A stretch of 64,000 bases of DNA, taken from assembly GCA_041736175.1 (NCBI GenBank), contig JBGSUI010000148.1, positions 1-64,000 on the forward strand, given 5' to 3'. This DNA comes from Oligoflexales bacterium. Lineage in GTDB: Bacteria; Bdellovibrionota_B; Oligoflexia; Oligoflexales; CAIYRB01. Made by a program: the position numbers and the translations under genes. Position 1 is the stretch's first letter. Each line of letters starts with the position of its first letter. The notes beneath the pieces were generated by a model. The model saw only the letters and a program-made list of their open reading frames with translations. It was not told where the DNA came from and made no database searches. Below, in pieces: positions 36,011-45,575 of the stretch.

Positions 36011-37471
36011 ATGGGAAATCAAAATGCCAAAATCCACATAATCCTAGCAACAGTTACTCTGATGGGTTGGGGGCTCGCTTTTGGTCCCCAGGTAGACGGC
36101 TCTGGGACGACTCCCCCCAAGTCCTCCAACTCCCACGATACGGACCTGTTGGAGGGGCTTTGGAAGAGCGGCGCTGAGATGGCAGGGGTCTATTCCCGCA
36201 ATGAGACGGACTTTGAAGGTGGAAATATCGGCGCTATCAAACGGCTCGGGCCCTATGATTTTAGCATCCAACTCCGCAGCGATAATGACGATGCGCTTCC
36301 GGAGTTTTGGCGACGCTGGTGGTCGCTGGTCCTAGATGTACCGACGGATCGCCCTGTGACGCTGACCATTACGGGGGCTGGGCAATGGGCATACTACCTC
36401 CCTTTGTTTTCCTACGAGGGGTCTGACAGAAATCTCAGGGATGATGCTTGGGAGCATTTGCCCGAAAGTGCTGTGGACCAACCGGATCCTTTGACGCTCA
36501 GGATCCGTTACCAATTTCGCAAGTCCCCAGTGGCCATTGCCCGTTTTGTGCCCTATACCTTGACACGGATGCTGATGTTTCTCAAGAAAATCTCCCACCA
36601 CGAGGCTGTGTCGCTCCATGTGGCTGGGTTCTCTCCTGAAGGTCGACCTATGCCCGTGATCAGAGTGGGGCAGGGGAAGTTAATAAACAAAAAAATATTT
36701 ATCCATAGCCGGACCCATCCCGGTGAGATCGGAAGCTCTTTTTTACTAGAGGGATTTCTCCTCAAACTGCTCGGTCCAGGGGCAGAGATGCGGCGAATAA
36801 GGGAGGATGTCACCTTTGATATCATGCCTATCCTCAATGTGGATGGTGTTTACCATGGCAACAATCGAGTGACTCCCAGCGGCATCAACCTCGAAGGTAA
36901 GTGGTATCCCATTAAGTCCGCTCCTTCCGGGTCTCGATCTCTGGATCCTGCGAAAACTCCCCGGGAGGTGATGGTCTGGCACCGCTGGATTCTGAACAGT
37001 CTTAAGGATGGAGGCCTTCCCGTCATCGCCCTTAACCTCCACTCGTCGAGTGTCGAGCCCCATGAAGGGCTTTTCTCGTTTCCTCATTTTGGTCCCCGCG
37101 AGGCTGGCTATAGCCCAAAGGAGGCCCGGCTTTATGAAAATCAGGTCAAGTTTATGGAATTTTTTCAAAAATCTATGAAAAACAAAAGGTGGTTTTTACC
37201 GATCCCTAAAGACGGCTTCCGGTTTTTTACAGCTAAAAACCTCCCCGAGACATGGTGGTGGACCCACTTTGGAGACCAGGTCATGGCCCTTACCATCGAA
37301 TCCACCTACGGGAAGATCCCTTCCGGTGGGAGATGGATGCGGCCTGAGGATCTGCGGGGACTAGGATCTGCCATGGCCCAGGGCATTGCCCAGTTTATCC
37401 AGACGCTACCGTCTCAGCCTGGCGTTGCGGGTAACCAATCGATAGGGGCTTTGCCCATAGAGACAAGATAG
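36011..37471 (+). CDS. M14 zinc carboxypeptidase, Nna1/CCP-like, with signal peptide
   Basis: DFEGGNI and FVPYT N-domain motifs, [26 protein letters not shown]. Confidence 0.85.
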   Translation: MGNQNAKIHIILATVTLMGWGLAFGPQVDGSGTTPPKSSNSHDTDLLEGLWKSGAEMAGVYSRNETDFEGGNIGAIKRLGPYDFSIQLRSDNDDALPEFWRRWWSLVLDVPTDRPVTLTITGAGQWAYYLPLFSYEGSDRNLRDDAWEHLPESAVDQPDPLTLRIRYQFRKSPVAIARFVPYTLTRMLMFLKKISHHEAVSLHVAGFSPEGRPMPVIRVGQGKLINKKIFIHSRTHPGEIGSSFLLEGFLLKLLGPGAEMRRIREDVTFDIMPILNVDGVYHGNNRVTPSGINLEGKWYPIKSAPSGSRSLDPAKTPREVMVWHRWILNSLKDGGLPVIALNLHSSSVEPHEGLFSFPHFGPREAGYSPKEARLYENQVKFMEFFQKSMKNKRWFLPIPKDGFRFFTAKNLPETWWWTHFGDQVMALTIESTYGKIPSGGRWMRPEDLRGLGSAMAQGIAQFIQTLPSQPGVAGNQSIGALPIETR

Positions 37472-38094
37472 GCATTGGTTTTAGAAAAAGGCCGGCTTCC
37501 GAAAAATCCCCGGTGGGCTGCAAGAGGCGATGGATGCACGGAAGTGAGCACACAGTGTTTCGTTACGTCGATCAGGGGGATTTTTTTTTGGGCGTAAGCT
37601 CCCCAAAGGATAAAAACCACATGGTCTAGATGTTCGCTGATCTTTTGGATCACGCCATCGGTAAAGGTTTGCCACCCTTTCCCTTGATGGGATCCCGGCT
37701 CCCCTGGAGCGACGCTGAGTACGGTATTAAGCAGAAGAACCCCCTGTTCGGCCCATGGGGTGAGGTCACCTGAGGTCGGGGTGTGGGGGGAACCGAGGTC
37801 TTGAATGAGTTCTTTAAAAATATTTCGCAAGGAAGGCGGTAGAGCCACTTGATCAGGTACGGAAAAAGCCAGTCCATGGGCTTGACCAGGTCCATGGTAT
37901 GGGTCTTGTCCCAATAGGACCACTTTGACCTGAGTCGGGGGAGTTTTGTGAAAGGCAAGGAAGATCTCGGTTAGTGCAGGGTAAAAGTCTGATTCTAAGA
38001 GATCTCTGAGGGGAGGCTCTAAGAGTCCGAGGACTTGAGACCCTAGTAGGGCTTTCCAAGATTCGGGGAATTCCGGCGTTTGCAGCAGTGGCAT
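37414..38094 (-). CDS. ung: Uracil-DNA glycosylase family 1
   Basis: [40 protein letters not shown]; 58-bp convergent overlap with the M14 gene. Confidence 0.97.
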   Translation of the reverse strand: MPLLQTPEFPESWKALLGSQVLGLLEPPLRDLLESDFYPALTEIFLAFHKTPPTQVKVVLLGQDPYHGPGQAHGLAFSVPDQVALPPSLRNIFKELIQDLGSPHTPTSGDLTPWAEQGVLLLNTVLSVAPGEPGSHQGKGWQTFTDGVIQKISEHLDHVVFILWGAYAQKKIPLIDVTKHCVLTSVHPSPLAAHRGFFGSRPFSKTNAYLVSMGKAPIDWLPATPG

Positions 38095-38277
38095 CTCACA
38101 GTCTCCTCTTGGGTTTCTGGGGGGAGGCCATAGTTTAGGTCTTGAATCCCCATGTTTTTATGATAGAGTCGGGGATTAACGGTCAAGAAGTTTTAGTGTC
38201 TGAGTCAGGAATTTAGGATCATCCTAAAGTTTCTAGATAGATTGAAATCAACATTGATCCTATAAGGAGTCAACACT

Positions 38278-39288
38278 TTGACGACCCCCTGCCGCGCGAG
38301 AGTCTTAGGGACGGGCCTCTACGTGCCCCCTGATATCTACACCAATGATGACCTGGCAAAGCTGATGGATACTTCCGACGAATGGATCCAACAACGGACC
38401 GGAATTAAAGAGCGCCGTTTTGCTAAGGACGGAATCGGGGTCTCTGATCTAGCTTACGAAGCTTCCCTACAAGCTCTCGATATGGCAGGACTCAAACCAC
38501 ACGAACTCGACCTGATCATCTTTGCGACGTTGTCTCCAGACTATTATTTTCCGGGTCCAGGAGTTTTCCTCCAAGATCGCCTTAAGTGCGGCAATATCCC
38601 AGCTTTAGACATTAGAAATCAGTGTTCTGGGTTTGTTTATGGGCTGTCCGTAGCCCAAGCCTATATCGAAACCGGTCGTTACCGACGGGTTCTGCTGGTG
38701 GGCTCTGAGACCCATTCGCGAGCCCTAAACATGACCACCGAAGGTCGGGATATGGCAGTATTGTTTGGAGATGGGGCAGGAGCCGTCATCCTAGGCCCTT
38801 GTGCCAGTCCTGAGTCGGGGCTTATCAGCGTGCAAATCCACGCGGATGGTTCCCACCGAGATCACTTGAAAATCGAATATCCCAGTGCCAGACGCTGGCC
38901 TTATCTGACGGCAGAGCATGTGGCCCAAGGGCTGCATTTTCCGTCTATGGACGGAAAACATGTGTTTAAACATGCCGTCACCCGCCTCTCCGAGGTGGTC
39001 ATAGACAACCTCACCCGTAACCATCTCACCCCCGACGATATCAACCTCTATCTGTTTCACCAGGCTAACCTCAGGATCAACGAAGCGGTGATGAAACAGC
39101 TCAACCAGCCCATGGACCGGGCCTACAACAATATTATGAACTACGGAAACTGTTCTGCAGCTTCCATCCCCATGCTCCTCGATGAGAGCGTTCGCAGTGG
39201 ACGGCTAAAGCCAGGGGACCTGGTGATGATGGCCGCCTTTGGCGCTGGGTTTACCTGGGGGAGTGCCCTGCTCAGGTGGTGTGAGTAA
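38278..39288 (+). CDS. fabH: 3-oxoacyl-ACP synthase III
   Basis: DTSDEWIQQRTGIKERR, QCSGFVY, LFGDGAGA, HQANLRI, YGNCSAAS, GAGFTWG; TTG start after AGGAG. Confidence 0.95.
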   Translation: MTTPCRARVLGTGLYVPPDIYTNDDLAKLMDTSDEWIQQRTGIKERRFAKDGIGVSDLAYEASLQALDMAGLKPHELDLIIFATLSPDYYFPGPGVFLQDRLKCGNIPALDIRNQCSGFVYGLSVAQAYIETGRYRRVLLVGSETHSRALNMTTEGRDMAVLFGDGAGAVILGPCASPESGLISVQIHADGSHRDHLKIEYPSARRWPYLTAEHVAQGLHFPSMDGKHVFKHAVTRLSEVVIDNLTRNHLTPDDINLYLFHQANLRINEAVMKQLNQPMDRAYNNIMNYGNCSAASIPMLLDESVRSGRLKPGDLVMMAAFGAGFTWGSALLRWCE

Positions 39289-39374
39289 GATCATCCCTTG
39301 AGCTTCATGGGATGGCGGTGGTACCATGGGAGAGTTCTTACTAAATTGTTTTTAGGTCGCTGAGGGGAATCATC

Positions 39375-40085
39375 GTGGGTGATAGCACGGCGCGTATTTT
39401 GGAGCCAGCAGTAAATAATCTAGAACAGCTTGATCACCGTTATCTTGCGGTACTCAAGGAGCTTGTCACCGACGCGATCCAGGGAGCCTCCCAATGCACG
39501 GAGTCTATTTTTAAGCTGTCCTCGGCCTATGTCCAGAGGGACGCCTTTGATACCCTCAAAAAATTCTATGACCTCTACTTTTCAAAGTCTGTCGGACTCG
39601 AACAAAAAAAACAAGAAATCAACGATAATGTCGACACTCTCTTCGAAGCTGCTGTGGCAGGGCTGGCCGAGGGCCTTGATATCGAAAAAGAAGGTGTGCT
39701 GACCGAAGACGAAGCGACTAAACAGGAGCGACTGGCCACGGCGGCCCTCCAAAAAGAGTTAGAGGGTCTGATCGTTCTTGACCAAGGAATCCGCGGCGAA
39801 ATCCTCCCCGCCCTTAGCTCCATGCAGTTTGAGGATGCCACGCGCCAAAGGATGGACCATGTGGTCAAAGGTTGGGAACAACTGATCCCCTTGGCCTTTA
39901 CCAGCCAGGGGGGTGAAGTTCCACAGGAAGCTCCACGAGAAATCCTCGATGCAGCCATGCGCACCTTGGCTAAGGTGACATCATCCATTAAGGAAACTGA
40001 GGATTTTTACAATCTGGTGTTACAGGAACCTGTTCCCGACGAGGTCAAGCAGGGCAACGACGGTGGTTCGGTGTTACTTTTTTAA
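39375..40085 (+). CDS. Helical protein with CheZ-like QFEDxxRQ motif
   Basis: LSSMQFEDATRQRMDHV; C-terminal SVLLF; GTG start after GAGGGG. Confidence 0.65.
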   Translation: MGDSTARILEPAVNNLEQLDHRYLAVLKELVTDAIQGASQCTESIFKLSSAYVQRDAFDTLKKFYDLYFSKSVGLEQKKQEINDNVDTLFEAAVAGLAEGLDIEKEGVLTEDEATKQERLATAALQKELEGLIVLDQGIRGEILPALSSMQFEDATRQRMDHVVKGWEQLIPLAFTSQGGEVPQEAPREILDAAMRTLAKVTSSIKETEDFYNLVLQEPVPDEVKQGNDGGSVLLF

Positions 40086-40103
40086 AACCCATGGGGAGCC
40101 TAG

Positions 40104-40682
40104 GTGATGACGCAACCATTATCCCATCAAGAACTCTTAGAGCGGTTTCAGTCCTTTAGTCATGCCTCTCTCCAATGGTGTATCGCTGAGTCGGAAGCAT
40201 CTACGAGCGCGGTGTCCAGCGCTATCGACCAGCTTATGGCTAAAGCCGAAAGGGTTTCTAAGATATCTGCCGCGGGGCTTGTGGCATTAAAGGCCGCCAA
40301 AAGAACCCTCGACCAACATAAAGGCCCCGCAAAATACAATCCTGTTGCCATCAATAGTCTGATCAAATCCCTGCAGGGACTCTCCCGCGAGCACGAAGAG
40401 GTTCGCGGAATCATCAACCCCATCATCGAAAACCTCCAGTACCAAGATCGCTTAAGGCAGAGATTAGAAAATATCTCTAAAATGACCCACTACTGGACGA
40501 CGTTTCGCAAACCAGTGGCCGCTGGTGGGGGGGCGGGTGGCCCCGTCGAGTGTGATTTTTTGGGGTTTGCCCAAGGTCTGGCTAAGTTAACCACTTCGGT
40601 CGAAGAGCGGGATATCCTGCGCCGGCATTTTAAGGAGCTTCCCACTGAAACCAGGGTCGAAGACTCGGTCACCCTATTTTAA
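40104..40682 (+). CDS. Helical protein with CheZ-like QYQDxxRQ motif
   Basis: IIENLQYQDRLRQRLENI; TTSVEER; C-terminal SVTLF. Confidence 0.65.
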   Translation: MMTQPLSHQELLERFQSFSHASLQWCIAESEASTSAVSSAIDQLMAKAERVSKISAAGLVALKAAKRTLDQHKGPAKYNPVAINSLIKSLQGLSREHEEVRGIINPIIENLQYQDRLRQRLENISKMTHYWTTFRKPVAAGGGAGGPVECDFLGFAQGLAKLTTSVEERDILRRHFKELPTETRVEDSVTLF

Positions 40683-40746
40683 TCTTGTTTACGGAGTCGC
40701 TTGTGTAAAAGGCCACGAATGGAGGTGCGCCATAAAACCAAAGGAG

Positions 40747-41730
40747 TTGATGTTAAGACAAACCATGTTTAGGTTTGCCTTGATGATCATGACGGGCCTG
40801 GGTCCTATGATCCCTTTCTGGACTGATACCTGCCTTGGGCAGACGGTTTCCCAACCAGAAGTTGGGGTTAAGCCCCCTGAGGGGCCGATCATCAGTCCAG
40901 CCCAGGCCGTGATCCTGGGACTTGTGGAAGGGATCACCGAGTTTTTACCGATTTCTTCGACCGGTCACTTGATCCTTGCGGATGATCTCATGGGACTACG
41001 GGATACCACGCGGCTCACCCCTGAGCAGTACGAGGCCACCCAAGCCTTCGAGATCGTGATCCAGTCAGGAGCGATCCTGGCGGTGATCGTTATCTTTGGG
41101 GCAAAGTTGTGGCAGATGCTTTTGGGGCTCTTTGGACGCTCCCCCGAGGGGCGCAAGATGTTGATCAATGTGATGGCGGCCTTTGTCCCGACAGCGGTCA
41201 TAGGTCTTATCCTTCATAAACTCATTAAGACTTACCTACAGTCTACGGGACCCGTGATTTTTGCCCTTGCCGCAGGTGGCGTGGCCATGATCTTTGTGGA
41301 CCGCACCCCCTGGGGAAAGCGGGCCAGGGAGGCGGGTTTAGGGGTCGACTCTCTGACCATCAAAGGTGCAATGATCATCGGTCTTTTCCAGTGCGTCGCC
41401 ATGTGGCCTGGGACCAGCCGCTCGATGATGACGATCATTGGTGGAATGGCGATGGGACTCCATCCGGCAGCCGCAGCTGAGTTTTCCTTTGTGCTCGGTC
41501 TGCCAACACTTCTAGCCGCGACGGCTCTTAAGGTCCTAAAAGAGGGCCCACTGTTGATCAAACATATCGGGATCACAACCATGGCCACGGGGCTATTGGT
41601 GGCCGCTCTTTCGGCGTTTTTTGCAGTGAAAGGCTTTGTGGCGTTTCTAAATCGCAAGGGACTTGCAGTGTTTGGCTGGTATCGGTTAGTCCTAGCCCTG
41701 GTGGTTTGGTGGACGATGGGCGGGTCGTAA
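40747..41730 (+). CDS. uppP: Undecaprenyl-diphosphate phosphatase (BacA) with N-terminal extension
   Basis: GLVEGITEFLPISSTGHL, IQSGAILAV, PGTSRS, AAEFSF, FGWYR; start uncertain. Confidence 0.95.
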   Translation: MMLRQTMFRFALMIMTGLGPMIPFWTDTCLGQTVSQPEVGVKPPEGPIISPAQAVILGLVEGITEFLPISSTGHLILADDLMGLRDTTRLTPEQYEATQAFEIVIQSGAILAVIVIFGAKLWQMLLGLFGRSPEGRKMLINVMAAFVPTAVIGLILHKLIKTYLQSTGPVIFALAAGGVAMIFVDRTPWGKRAREAGLGVDSLTIKGAMIIGLFQCVAMWPGTSRSMMTIIGGMAMGLHPAAAAEFSFVLGLPTLLAATALKVLKEGPLLIKHIGITTMATGLLVAALSAFFAVKGFVAFLNRKGLAVFGWYRLVLALVVWWTMGGS

Positions 41731-41747
41731 AATTTAAAGGTCATTTC

Positions 41748-42938
41748 ATGACAATCACACCTAGGCCGGAGTTCCAAGGGTCCCTTCAAAATATCGTGGT
41801 CAAGATTGGTTCAGCAGCTCTCGCTGATCAGGCGACGGGACAGTTTGACCCCGGTCGTGTCCAGGTGATGGCCCAGGACTTGGCCGATCTGGTGAGCCAG
41901 GGATACCGTCCGGTCTTGGTGAGTTCTGGTGCGATCCTTGCGGGACGTAAAAACCCCCGCCTGCAAACCCTGCTGGCAGCTTCGCCTCACCGGGATGTGG
42001 CGACCCTCCAGGCGGCCAGTGCCCTCGGGCAGCCTCTTTTGATGAATGCCTATCTTGATGCTTTTGCTAAGGCAGGGGTTGCTGCAGCTCAGGTGCTCTT
42101 GACCCATGATGATCTTATGAATCACCAGAGGTCCCTCAATCTTAAAAATATGCTCCACGTGTTGATCGAGCTTGGCGTGGTCCCCGTGATCAACGAAAAC
42201 GATTCGGTCAGTTTCGAAGAGATCACCGTAGGCGACAACGACCAGCTCGCGGCGATGGTGGCTGTGCTCCTCGAAGTCGAGGCTCTGGTCATGATCACAA
42301 CACCGGATGGCCTTTACTCCCAAGATCCGTTGGCTGGGGTTGGCCAAGCGCCCCAAGGGATTTCCCACGTGGCTTACGGAGATCCCCTGGTCCAAGTTTC
42401 CCTTGCCGGAAAATCTGCGGCGGGGCGTGGCGGCATGAGCACTAAACTAGAAGCTGTGCGTAAGGTGACTCCCTTTGGCATCCCTGTGGTCTTAGCTACG
42501 TCGCGAGCCCTAAAACCCATTGTGCGGGCACTAACCACTCCCTGCGGAACTTTTTTTAGTCCATACGCTCTTGATCCTCTTAACCGGGGCGAATCCGCAA
42601 ACCAGCGTAAGAAAAAGTTGACCACTATGGCCAAGCTCAACGCCGAGGTGGTCGTCGATCAGGGGGCAGCCCTGGCTCTCAAGGGACATAAGTCGCTCCT
42701 TCCCAGCGGGATCGTCAAGGTCGTAGGCCAATTCCGGAGAGGTGATAGCGTTAAAATTGTTTATCAAAAATCCATCTTAGCCGTGGGCCTCGCCGAATAC
42801 TCAGCCCAGGATCTCCGAGCGATCAAAGGTAAACAAAGCGATGAAATTGAGGGGATTTTGGGTTTTTGCACCGCAAAAGTTGCATTCCATCGTAACAACC
42901 TTTATTGGTTACAAGAACCGGGAGGCCAAGGTATCTAG
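41748..42938 (+). CDS. proB: Glutamate 5-kinase with PUA domain
   Basis: IVVKIGS, VSSGA, NENDSV..EITVGDNDQLA, GRGGMSTKLEA, KSLLPSGI. Confidence 0.95.
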   Translation: MTITPRPEFQGSLQNIVVKIGSAALADQATGQFDPGRVQVMAQDLADLVSQGYRPVLVSSGAILAGRKNPRLQTLLAASPHRDVATLQAASALGQPLLMNAYLDAFAKAGVAAAQVLLTHDDLMNHQRSLNLKNMLHVLIELGVVPVINENDSVSFEEITVGDNDQLAAMVAVLLEVEALVMITTPDGLYSQDPLAGVGQAPQGISHVAYGDPLVQVSLAGKSAAGRGGMSTKLEAVRKVTPFGIPVVLATSRALKPIVRALTTPCGTFFSPYALDPLNRGESANQRKKKLTTMAKLNAEVVVDQGAALALKGHKSLLPSGIVKVVGQFRRGDSVKIVYQKSILAVGLAEYSAQDLRAIKGKQSDEIEGILGFCTAKVAFHRNNLYWLQEPGGQGI

Positions 42939-42975
42939 TCCATGGAATGTAGAATTGGCATTTAAGGGAGTCATC

Positions 42976-44289
42976 ATGCAGGAAAATCCTATCAATCTCG
43001 ATGTTCATCCCCTGATAGACCAACTGAGTGGCTTGCGGGCCGGACAAAAGCGCCTCAGTCACTTGGAAGAAGCCGGGCGGAGGAGCCTCCTCCAAAAAAT
43101 CGCTTACAGTCTCCTGGCTGGTCAGGACGGGATTCTTGCCGCCAACGCCAAAGACCTCGAGTCTGCAAAGGCCGCAGGACTCTCGGCTGCTTTGATGGAT
43201 CGCCTGGTCTTAAGCAAAGACCGCCTGAAGTCTTTGAGCCAAGCGGTCTTGGCAATCTCCGAGATGGCACCTGTTCTCAACCAAACCCTGCACCAGGCAA
43301 CACGACCAGACGGACTTACCATCCGTCGAGTGACGGTGCCTTTGGGGGTGATTTTTTTTATTTTCGAAAGCCGACCCAACGTCCTGGTGGATGCCGTCGC
43401 CCTCGCCCTGAAATCGGGCAATGGAATGCTACTTAAAGGTGGCCGAGAAGCCGAGGGAACAAATCAGGCCTTGATGGCGTGTTTGCGGCGGGATCTTATT
43501 GATTATGGAGTCGAGGGGGCTTTTGCAGTCTTACAGGCGGCCGATAGAAATCTTGTGGGTCAAGTTCTGGGATGCTCCCAGTGGATCGATCTCGTGATTC
43601 CTCGAGGCGGCGCGGAACTCGTCAACTATGTGCGCTCCCACACTCAGATTCCAGTGATCGCCCATGACAAGGGTTTATGTCATCTCTATGTTCACTCGGA
43701 TGCGCCTAAGGATCAAGTCATTCCACTGGTCCTCAATAGCAAGGTGGCGAGGCCCGGAGTGTGCAACGCACTGGAGACTTTGCTCATCCACAAGGACTGG
43801 CCCCACCGTGGTCAGCTCCTTAAAGAACTCCTCCAACACCAGGTGGAACTTCGACTTGATCAAAAACTGTTTACTGAGGTCAGAGAAGGGTCCCTGAAAG
43901 ACTATCTTAAGGATTTTTCACTCAACACCGGGAAAATCTTCGTGGCAACCCCTGAGGATTGGAACACGGAATACCTAGCCCTGGTCCTCAACGTTGGTGA
44001 GGTGACTGGTGTTGACGAAGCCATCAGCCATATTGCGACCTATGGAAGTCACCACACGGAAGTCATCTGTGCCGTGGATCCGGTGGTGATCGAGCAGTTT
44101 ACTATTGGTGTGGATGCCTCTTGTGTTGGAGTCAATGCTTCCACCCGGTTTAATGATGGGGGTGAGTTAGGGCTGGGAGCGGAGATTGGGATTTCGACCT
44201 CTAAACTCCATGCCTATGGCCCAATGGGTGCAGCCCAGTTGGTGACGAGCCGATTTGAGGTGTATGGGGCGGGTCATATCAGGAAATGA
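42976..44289 (+). CDS. proA: Gamma-glutamyl phosphate reductase
   Basis: VPLGVI..IFESRPNV, IPRGG, GVCNALETLL, NASTRFNDGG..GLGAEIGISTSKLHAYGPMG; start ATG 42976 after GGGAG. Confidence 0.96.
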   Translation: MQENPINLDVHPLIDQLSGLRAGQKRLSHLEEAGRRSLLQKIAYSLLAGQDGILAANAKDLESAKAAGLSAALMDRLVLSKDRLKSLSQAVLAISEMAPVLNQTLHQATRPDGLTIRRVTVPLGVIFFIFESRPNVLVDAVALALKSGNGMLLKGGREAEGTNQALMACLRRDLIDYGVEGAFAVLQAADRNLVGQVLGCSQWIDLVIPRGGAELVNYVRSHTQIPVIAHDKGLCHLYVHSDAPKDQVIPLVLNSKVARPGVCNALETLLIHKDWPHRGQLLKELLQHQVELRLDQKLFTEVREGSLKDYLKDFSLNTGKIFVATPEDWNTEYLALVLNVGEVTGVDEAISHIATYGSHHTEVICAVDPVVIEQFTIGVDASCVGVNASTRFNDGGELGLGAEIGISTSKLHAYGPMGAAQLVTSRFEVYGAGHIRK

Positions 44290-44314
44290 TGTAACTAAAA
44301 TATATCCAGAAAAA

Positions 44315-45436
44315 ATGGAAAAAAGTTATAAATCAATGGAAAAAAAATCAATTGAAGTCATGAGGACACCTCGAACCCTGACCCTGGAAAACAAGCACCA
44401 GTCTAGAGTCGTGATGACCAATTTAGGGGCGACTTTGGTGAGCTGGATCTCTCGGGACAGGGAGGGAGGATTCTTTGATATCCTCTTAGGGTACGATGAT
44501 CTTAAGTCCTATGCTCAATGCCCAGCCTACCTAGGCGCCACTTTAGGGAGGGTGGCTGGCCGTATCGGCAAGGCGGAGTTTGAGCTTGATGGGAGGCATT
44601 ATTCTGTGGCGGCCAACGACGGAGCCAATCATCTCCACGGTGGACTAGAGGGGTTTAACCGACGGATATGGAGGGTGCTTGATCATACGGTGCAGTCCCA
44701 AGGTGGGGATCATCCAGCGAGGTTGCACTTAGGTCTCCAGAGTCCTCATATGGATGGCGGTTACCCGGGCCATCTACTGGTAAACCTTATGGTGACCTAT
44801 AACGACTCGTTTGAGCTTAAGTTTGAATTTAACGCCGTCACGGATCGACCGACGTTGGTCAATCTTTCCATGCATCCCTACTTTAATCTTGCGGGCACCG
44901 TGCCGTCCCTAGATCCTGCGGGACCAGGGGCCCGTGGAGATCGGCGCCTTCCGGAAATTACCGATCACCGGATCCAAATTAAGTCCCAAGAGATCACGGC
45001 GATCGACGAGTCGCTGATTCCCACCGGACAGCGGCTTTCGGTGGTCGGCACCCCCCTCGATCTGCGAACGCCTACACCCATCGGTGCGGTGGTCGACCAA
45101 CCCTTTGATCAGATTCTTAAAGCACGGGGCTTAGACCATAACTTTATCCTCCCCGCCACATCACAGGTGGGGACTGCCCTCGCTCGGGTGGATCTCCCAA
45201 GTCACGGCCGTGCCTTAGAGCTTTGGACGGACCAACCAGGAGTCCAGTGTTACACCGGCAATTGGCTCGACGGGTCGATCCGTGGTAAAGGCGGTTATGT
45301 TTATGGACGTCGGTCAGGATTTTGTCTTGAACCCCAGAAATTTCCTGATGCTCCCCACCATCCTGGCTTTCCTTCGATTATGCTGCGCCCAGGGGAGGAA
45401 TACCGCCATACCTCGATTTATCGGTTGGTACTGTAA
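44315..45436 (+). CDS. galM: Aldose 1-epimerase (mutarotase)
   Basis: GRVAGRI, NHLHGG, GYPG, HPYFNL, GLDHNF, QCYTGN, FCLEPQKFPDAPH; start uncertain (44315/44336/44360). Confidence 0.93.
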   Translation: MEKSYKSMEKKSIEVMRTPRTLTLENKHQSRVVMTNLGATLVSWISRDREGGFFDILLGYDDLKSYAQCPAYLGATLGRVAGRIGKAEFELDGRHYSVAANDGANHLHGGLEGFNRRIWRVLDHTVQSQGGDHPARLHLGLQSPHMDGGYPGHLLVNLMVTYNDSFELKFEFNAVTDRPTLVNLSMHPYFNLAGTVPSLDPAGPGARGDRRLPEITDHRIQIKSQEITAIDESLIPTGQRLSVVGTPLDLRTPTPIGAVVDQPFDQILKARGLDHNFILPATSQVGTALARVDLPSHGRALELWTDQPGVQCYTGNWLDGSIRGKGGYVYGRRSGFCLEPQKFPDAPHHPGFPSIMLRPGEEYRHTSIYRLVL

Positions 45437-45575
45437 GGGGGACTCCCCGGGAGCTGCTGAAGTTCTTGACTAAATTAGGAAAACAAGGCAATACTCGGTC
45501 GCGTAGCCAATCCCCAGCGCCCTCTCGACACCAGCGACGAGACGCCGCCACCATCTAAAGAGCGACGAGATTCCT

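Noticed and set aside
37414..37471. 58-bp convergent overlap of ung and the M14 gene
   Set aside because: Involves only non-conserved tails; common in compact genomes
42841..42975. Long N-terminal extensions in the ORF track for proA (also kinase 48823, kdpA 50918, kdpC 54589, galM 44255)
   Set aside because: Overlap upstream genes; downstream ATGs with better RBS or family-typical N-termini were chosen
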